DNA of 63,999 nucleotides, counting the filler, from Globobulimina sp. (lineage: Eukaryota): the NCBI GenBank assembly GCA_003354225.1. It is 12 parts of 12 records of this genome, joined end to end, with 100 filler letters (N's around TTAATTAATTAA, not from the genome) between each part and the next. Parts side by side here need not be neighbours in the genome. Positions count along the whole stretch, not along the records: positions 58,871 to 63,999 come from PIVH01000706.1; 11 more parts are not named here. The stretch is one strand, 5' to 3'. The notes below the pieces were generated by a model, which searched no databases, had not been told where the DNA came from, and worked only from the letters and a program-made list of their open reading frames with translations. Each line of letters opens with the position of its first letter. The stretch's first letter is position 1. A program made the position numbers and the translations under genes. Shown here in pieces: positions 58,771 to 63,999 of the stretch.

Positions 58771-58870
58771 NNNNNNNNNNNNNNNNNNNNNNNNNNNNNN
58801 NNNNNNNNNNNNNNTTAATTAATTAANNNNNNNNNNNNNNNNNNNNNNNNNNNNNNNNNNNNNNNNNNNN
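58771..58870. other. Artificial contig spacer 11
   Basis: N44-TTAATTAATTAA-N44. Confidence 0.99.
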
Positions 58871-61800
58871 GACGACTTATTCATTTTGTCCGTCGCAGAA
58901 AATACCAACTTTAATTTCTCTTTAAATGGCAATATTTTGTATTTTATAGTTGGCTGTTGTTTCAACATAATATTCGTTAAATTCACGATACATTTTTCAA
59001 AAAAGATGTAATCAATTTCGTCATCATCCAAATCCATCTCATCTTTGGACAAAATAAATGAGGCTCTCATCTCATCAAAGCTGGGTTTCCCGCCATGAGA
59101 CCATATTTTCTTATTTAATAATTTCATCGTTTTACACAAATCCACTGCAAATGTGCACCACTCGTCTTCCCCCAAACGGTCATCGTCCGCATTATCGTCA
59201 CTATCCAAACACGCATAAATCTTGAAAAGTTTCCGCAAACACAACGTCTGCGAACGAAATCTTTTTTTAATCTCTTGATTATTTCGGATTGAATTGCCAT
59301 TATTATTTACTATATTTTTATACAAATATGCATCCAAATGGTCGTTACACAATTTATCCACACAAATAAATTGATATTCGTAATCCAACTCAAATTTGGT
59401 CATTGCAATCGACAAAATGGCATCGAAAAATTCGTGCCGCGACAAGCCAATCATTTGATCCTTGGCTAAATCCTTATCATTATCCAATAACTTATCACTT
59501 TTTTGCAAAAATAGTTTGCCACTTTTCTGCTGCGAGCCGCCTTTGCCTCGTTCATCGATCTCAGTCCATTCAATCCTCATTTTAATATCACCCATGATAT
59601 GGCCGGGCGGAATTAACTCGCAAATCCATATTCGTTTAATGCCCGCCCGCTTCCGTTGATGATATTTAATTTCTAGCTCAGCCTTCTTATAATTTTTTGA
59701 GTCAAATGTACCCGAAATATCCGCGTATTGCACGCTATTTATACAGCCACTTAAGCGTAAATCGCCAATCTTGCGCAATTTGTAAATAAATGCACTGCGA
59801 GGACTGCCTCTGAGCGTCGAAGATCTGAGCGTCGAAGATCTGAGTGTCGAAGCCGTCCCAGTCATTGCCATGGCGGACTCAGTCTCGTTGTCATCCGAAT
59901 AATCACATTCTGTCCACACACCGGTCCACGGATCGTCATCATTGAAATTGACATCGCCATAAAGCGAACTTAGTTGTATCTTATGCTTAGATTTGTGTTT
60001 AGTTTTCAAGCGATGGTGCATTTTGTACGTAATCTTAAACAATTGCTCCAATCTCTCATTGGTGCAAATGCCGTCTTTATCCGCCACATTTGCATCGAAT
60101 AACATCCATAAAAAACCATCCAAGGTCAACCAATGTCGATCGCCGCCTAATTTGCAATATTTGCTATAAATGGCACACAAACAATTGTAATGTTTCAAGA
60201 TGGCCAATTTGGAGTATTTTCGCTGATTTTCAGACTGATCGTGCAAACCTTGGTGCATTTTCCGCATATCGCGTTCTAAATTGCCCGCCGAATCCTTCTC
60301 GTCCAATTCGTACGTTGTTGGCGAGCCTAAATGGGCAGAAACTTGCGGCGGTAAACTCAACGCCAGCAATTTATCGATTTTCTCACTATCTAACAGTTGC
60401 TGCATTTTGTCTGCCTCACTCACCGTACTTTTCACCTTTTCTTTTTTCCGTTTATTGCCATCGGTGCCGGTGATTTGAATGGTAAATGTTTTTGCTTTTA
60501 TCCCCGCCTTTTTTTCTTCTTTTTCGTCTGCTTCCGTTTCTGCGCGGAATTGGCTGTCCAGCTCATCGTTGTCGGCATATTTGTATTCTTCGTCGACCAC
60601 TTTATCAAAATAATAATTTGGATTTTGCTCAAATTCCTGCTGCAACTTTTTCGTGTCTTGAATCTGTTGCTTGACGATGGTTTTTATTGTTTTTTGTTTC
60701 CGTATGAATTTGATGCTCATCACCACCACCGATACGCAGCCGCATCGATGCCCGGCTTTCTTGCCCAAATTATCGGCAATGTATTTAAATACTTGCTTGG
60801 CGGAGCCGCGCACGTTTAGCAACTTTTTGTTTTTATCGTCGCGGAATATCAAATTCCATAATTGTTTGTTCGTGGTCACGTTATAAATGATCGTTATGGG
60901 ATAGATTTTGACCGCCACGTTTTCGATATTGCCGCGAATATATTTAATGAAATGACCCATTGTGGAGGACACCGACACGTTTATGCCGACAAATCGCAAT
61001 AAAAACACTGAATTATATTTCATTTTTAATCGCACCAATTTGATGACAAATTCTTTATTGTCGCCGCCATAAATAATATTTGGCATATACTTGCTCAATT
61101 TGTTGCGGTTAAAAATTAACTTATTGGCACATTCATTGATATTTTCAAACTTTTCATCCATCCAAATAAAGCATTGTTTAATGCGTTTAAATGTCAACAC
61201 AAAACGCGGCAAGACACGCTGATAATTCTTAATCACATAACAGTCATAAACATGGCCATCATAATAGTGATTATGTTGGCTCTCGTAATGCGATTCAGGT
61301 CGGCCAAATAGCGGCGAACTGCCATCCACTTCGTTCCAATCACCAATTACTCGCATTATACAGTTGGAATCCGCAGATTTTATTTTCTTCCCACGCTGGA
61401 ACTCGCGAATATAATTTATTTTGCCCGGATTCACCAAACAAACCATGATACAAAACTCACCGTGGCTGAAATCACGAGATTGCGACTGGTCCATAGACGA
61501 AAATTGTTGTACATGCTGGCCCCGCGTGGGATATTCTTGCTGCTCGTTATAATACAACATATTATATAATGCATATTGAATGTTAGAGGTAAAATAATAG
61601 CCCTGTCCATACATGCCCTTATCGTCAAAATATTTGCCTTTCTTAGCGACAGCGTGCTTTAATAAATCATTAACATCGCCAATGGCAATGCCATTCCTAT
61701 AGATCAGGAATAATAATTTGGACTGCCCACTAAAAGTGTGATATTTGTGATGGATTTGTTGGTTGTTTAAGGAAAACATGTCAATTAAATCCAGTTCGAA

Positions 61801-62976
61801 GGGGAAATCTTGTAATTGATGGTAACAATGTTTGTGGATTTGCGTGAATTGCAAATATAGTTTCTTCTCTGCACAATATTTATAAACGTCGTCGTGTATT
61901 TTGCATTGAATAATGGGGAACATTGCGGTCAATTTATGAATGGAAAAAGTCGTTTTCCATTTGAAGAACTCCAACAACGTTATCTCACCGTCCCCGTCGG
62001 CGTCCAAAGTGTTGAATAAGTTAATTAAAACCTGAGGGTCTAAGGGCTCCACCGAGTTCTCTTCGAAATATAGATTAAACTCGTTCCGATCGACTTGATT
62101 CTTGCCCGATGTGTCAATCTCGTTAAATTGCAGTTTCTTCAGCATTTTTAATAAATGCGTCGAGTCTTTGAACGATTTGGTCAACGGAGCCAAAGCTTGT
62201 TGCATTTGCGATTTTGATTTGGGACATTTGCGGAGAAGAATACTGATTTGAAGTTGCGACGGGTTTGCTTTCTTTTTGCACACAGTCAAGATGTTGTAAT
62301 CGCGTCTTTTGACTGATAATAAATTATTGAAGGCACTGAGAAAAGTGCGCGATGATTTTGGCCATTGTTTGTAAGAAATATCCAAATCAAAAGCAATGAT
62401 AATGTTGTTGGTCAATGGCGACATGGAATATCCACTTTCATTATAAAGCGCAGTCTCAGCGAGACTCTCATTCTTTGTCTCATTCTCTGTCTCATTCATA
62501 TGAAACATTTGCATGTGATCCATTTGTTTCTGCTGTTTCATATCAATGATAACAATTAATTGGGTACGTTTTAATTGCGATATGTTATGTTTTCGAGGGA
62601 TTTTCCCTTTTTTTTTAGTCGTTGCTGCTGTTGCTGTTGCTGTATCACCCTCTGTTTTGAAATCAACTTCTTCTTTCTTGTAATCGTCGTCATCATCCAA
62701 TGAGGAATCAGAGTCACTCCATTCATATCCTCCATTTTCTAATCTTTTGGGGGCATTTGGTGGATCATTGAGTAATTCTTCTGCTTTTTTATATTTTAAT
62801 ATATAATCTTTGGCCTTTGCAAATTTAACCAAATGTTTCGGCTCTTTGGCTGCGAATCCAAACTGATCCTTGTACAGATAATATATCTCACGCGGTGTTT
62901 TGGGTTTGCTACTCAGTTTATTGGAGGATTGGCGCCGGAGCGCGAGCGCTCCCATTCCTCCTTTCAAAAAGTCCAT
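58871..62976 (-). CDS. Large EF-hand + divergent PARP-like ADP-ribosyltransferase-fold protein, 3' truncated
   Basis: EF-hands DTSGKNQVDRNEF and DADGDGEITLLEF; PARP-like DKGMYGQGYYFT, IMVCLVNPGK, YVI...RVLPRFVL; C-terminal EF-hand-like helical region. Confidence 0.75.
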
Positions 62977-63024
62977 TGTTTTCAAGCTGAAGAAAATCAC
63001 AAAAGTAAGGTTTTTTTTTTTATG

Positions 63025-63765
63025 TTACCACTCCATTTGGTTCATCATATATTCCATATAATCCAAGTAAAGCCAGTGCATCATATGTACGGAATCCCTC
63101 GTAAAGCCATGTATTAACTTTTCAACATCGACCGCCAAATTTACAAAACAATTCGGAATGCTCATCGTCTGATTTGTTATCCTATTCAATGTATCATCAA
63201 ACCAAACCATGCCATTCTCGCCATTCACTCTGCAATTCACATATTTAAACTCATAGACGTGCGGATATAATAAAAAACCAATAAGCGATGCATCCTCAAT
63301 CAACAAACTATCACTGAATCCATTTAAATAATTTCGGCGCAACGTTTCCTCCATCATTTTCTCATAAAAAATATATAATAATCCAGTCTGTGTACAATGA
63401 AACTCATCGTCATAATCATCCAATTTATTCACACGATCAGATTCATACAAATCACTCTCATCATATTCATCCTCTTCGCCACTAAATCTATCCGCATCTT
63501 TCTCCATTTTCATGCGACACATTTCAATCTCAGTTTGAATGTCATTATTCAACAACGTATATAATAAACTTATATCATGCAAACCAAATTTTAATTCATT
63601 GGTCACATCCAAAGGGAATATAAATATATTTGGTAAGTCTATTATGCTAAATATATGAGACAAGGCTTGTGAATCATAATTAAAATTGAATTCACTCAAT
63701 GCGTAATTCTTTGCATTGCCAGTTTTATTCAAAAACTCTCCGCCTAAAATGTAAATATCTTTGCT
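63025..63765 (-). CDS. Inosine/uridine-preferring nucleoside hydrolase-like, C-terminal part
   Basis: IYILGG, GN...SEFNFNYD, FPLDVT; the 5' end is replaced by GC-rich unrelated sequence. Confidence 0.75.
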   Translation of the reverse strand, partial: SKDIYILGGEFLNKTGNAKNYALSEFNFNYDSQALSHIFSIIDLPNIFIFPLDVTNELKFGLHDISLLYTLLNNDIQTEIEMCRMKMEKDADRFSGEEDEYDESDLYESDRVNKLDDYDDEFHCTQTGLLYIFYEKMMEETLRRNYLNGFSDSLLIEDASLIGFLLYPHVYEFKYVNCRVNGENGMVWFDDTLNRITNQTMSIPNCFVNLAVDVEKLIHGFTRDSVHMMHWLYLDYMEYMMNQMEW

Positions 63766-63999
63766 ACTATGAGCTTTTCGGCAATCTTTAAAGCCGGAGG
63801 GGCGAGGCAAGATTTCATTTCTGCCATGTAGTTGGCTGATGGCAATGATGGGGAGGGGCTCAAGGCATCTGGGCGCTAGGCAGCGACGACCGATGGCACA
63901 AGGGCACAAGCGGTCACTTGACCCTCAACGAAGAGTGGCTGGATACGATGGAAAGATTTCGCGGCCAAATTTCGGGGTTTGCCGCCGCCCAGCTCTCCC

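Noticed and set aside
1-63999. Alternative genetic code or stop-codon readthrough
   Set aside because: Long conserved genes (MTR4, urocanase, GMC) translate cleanly in the standard code, TAA, TAG and TGA all serve as stops, and most breaks are explained by GT-AG introns.

Overview
This window is not one locus. It is 12 unrelated contigs of about 5.2 kb, ordered by decreasing length (5265, 5264, 5263, 5253 ... 5235 bp) and joined by identical 100-bp artificial spacers (N44-TTAATTAATTAA-N44), so adjacency across a spacer is meaningless. Most contigs come from an AT-rich, gene-dense eukaryote with short GT-AG introns (mostly 55-95 nt) and the standard code. The gene families (G-alpha, 7TM-RGS, Kelch-like, TRAF-like Zn finger, PPR) suggest a rhizarian or foraminiferan-like protist, which is an inference. 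Recognisable genes are MTR4, DEPDC5/Iml1, urocanase, long-chain acyl-CoA synthetase, cathepsin Z, GMC oxidoreductase, a DOT1-like methyltransferase, a Rab, G-alpha, pirin, GH35, a thioesterase, a sulfotransferase and an apparently intact non-LTR retrotransposon (APE-RT-RNase H-Zn knuckle, poly-A tail). Contig 6 is bacterial (large multi-domain glycosyltransferase plus a coiled-coil gene), and two eukaryotic contigs carry abrupt GC-rich ends that are probably chimeras. The most interesting observations are: (1) a protein with five apparently nested Btk-type His/Cys3 zinc motifs whose linker lengths mirror each other; (2) a ubiquitin-like/acyl-CoA synthetase fusion; (3) a PH-DEP protein ending in a degenerate RelA/SpoT-like domain; (4) an EF-hand plus divergent PARP-like protein; (5) a PPR-SMR gene; (6) an intron-bearing DUF3556-like gene; (7) a urocanase with a peroxisomal SKL signal; (8) divergent gene pairs whose ATGs are only about 60-130 bp apart. 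All domain calls come from motif recognition by eye; no database searches were run.
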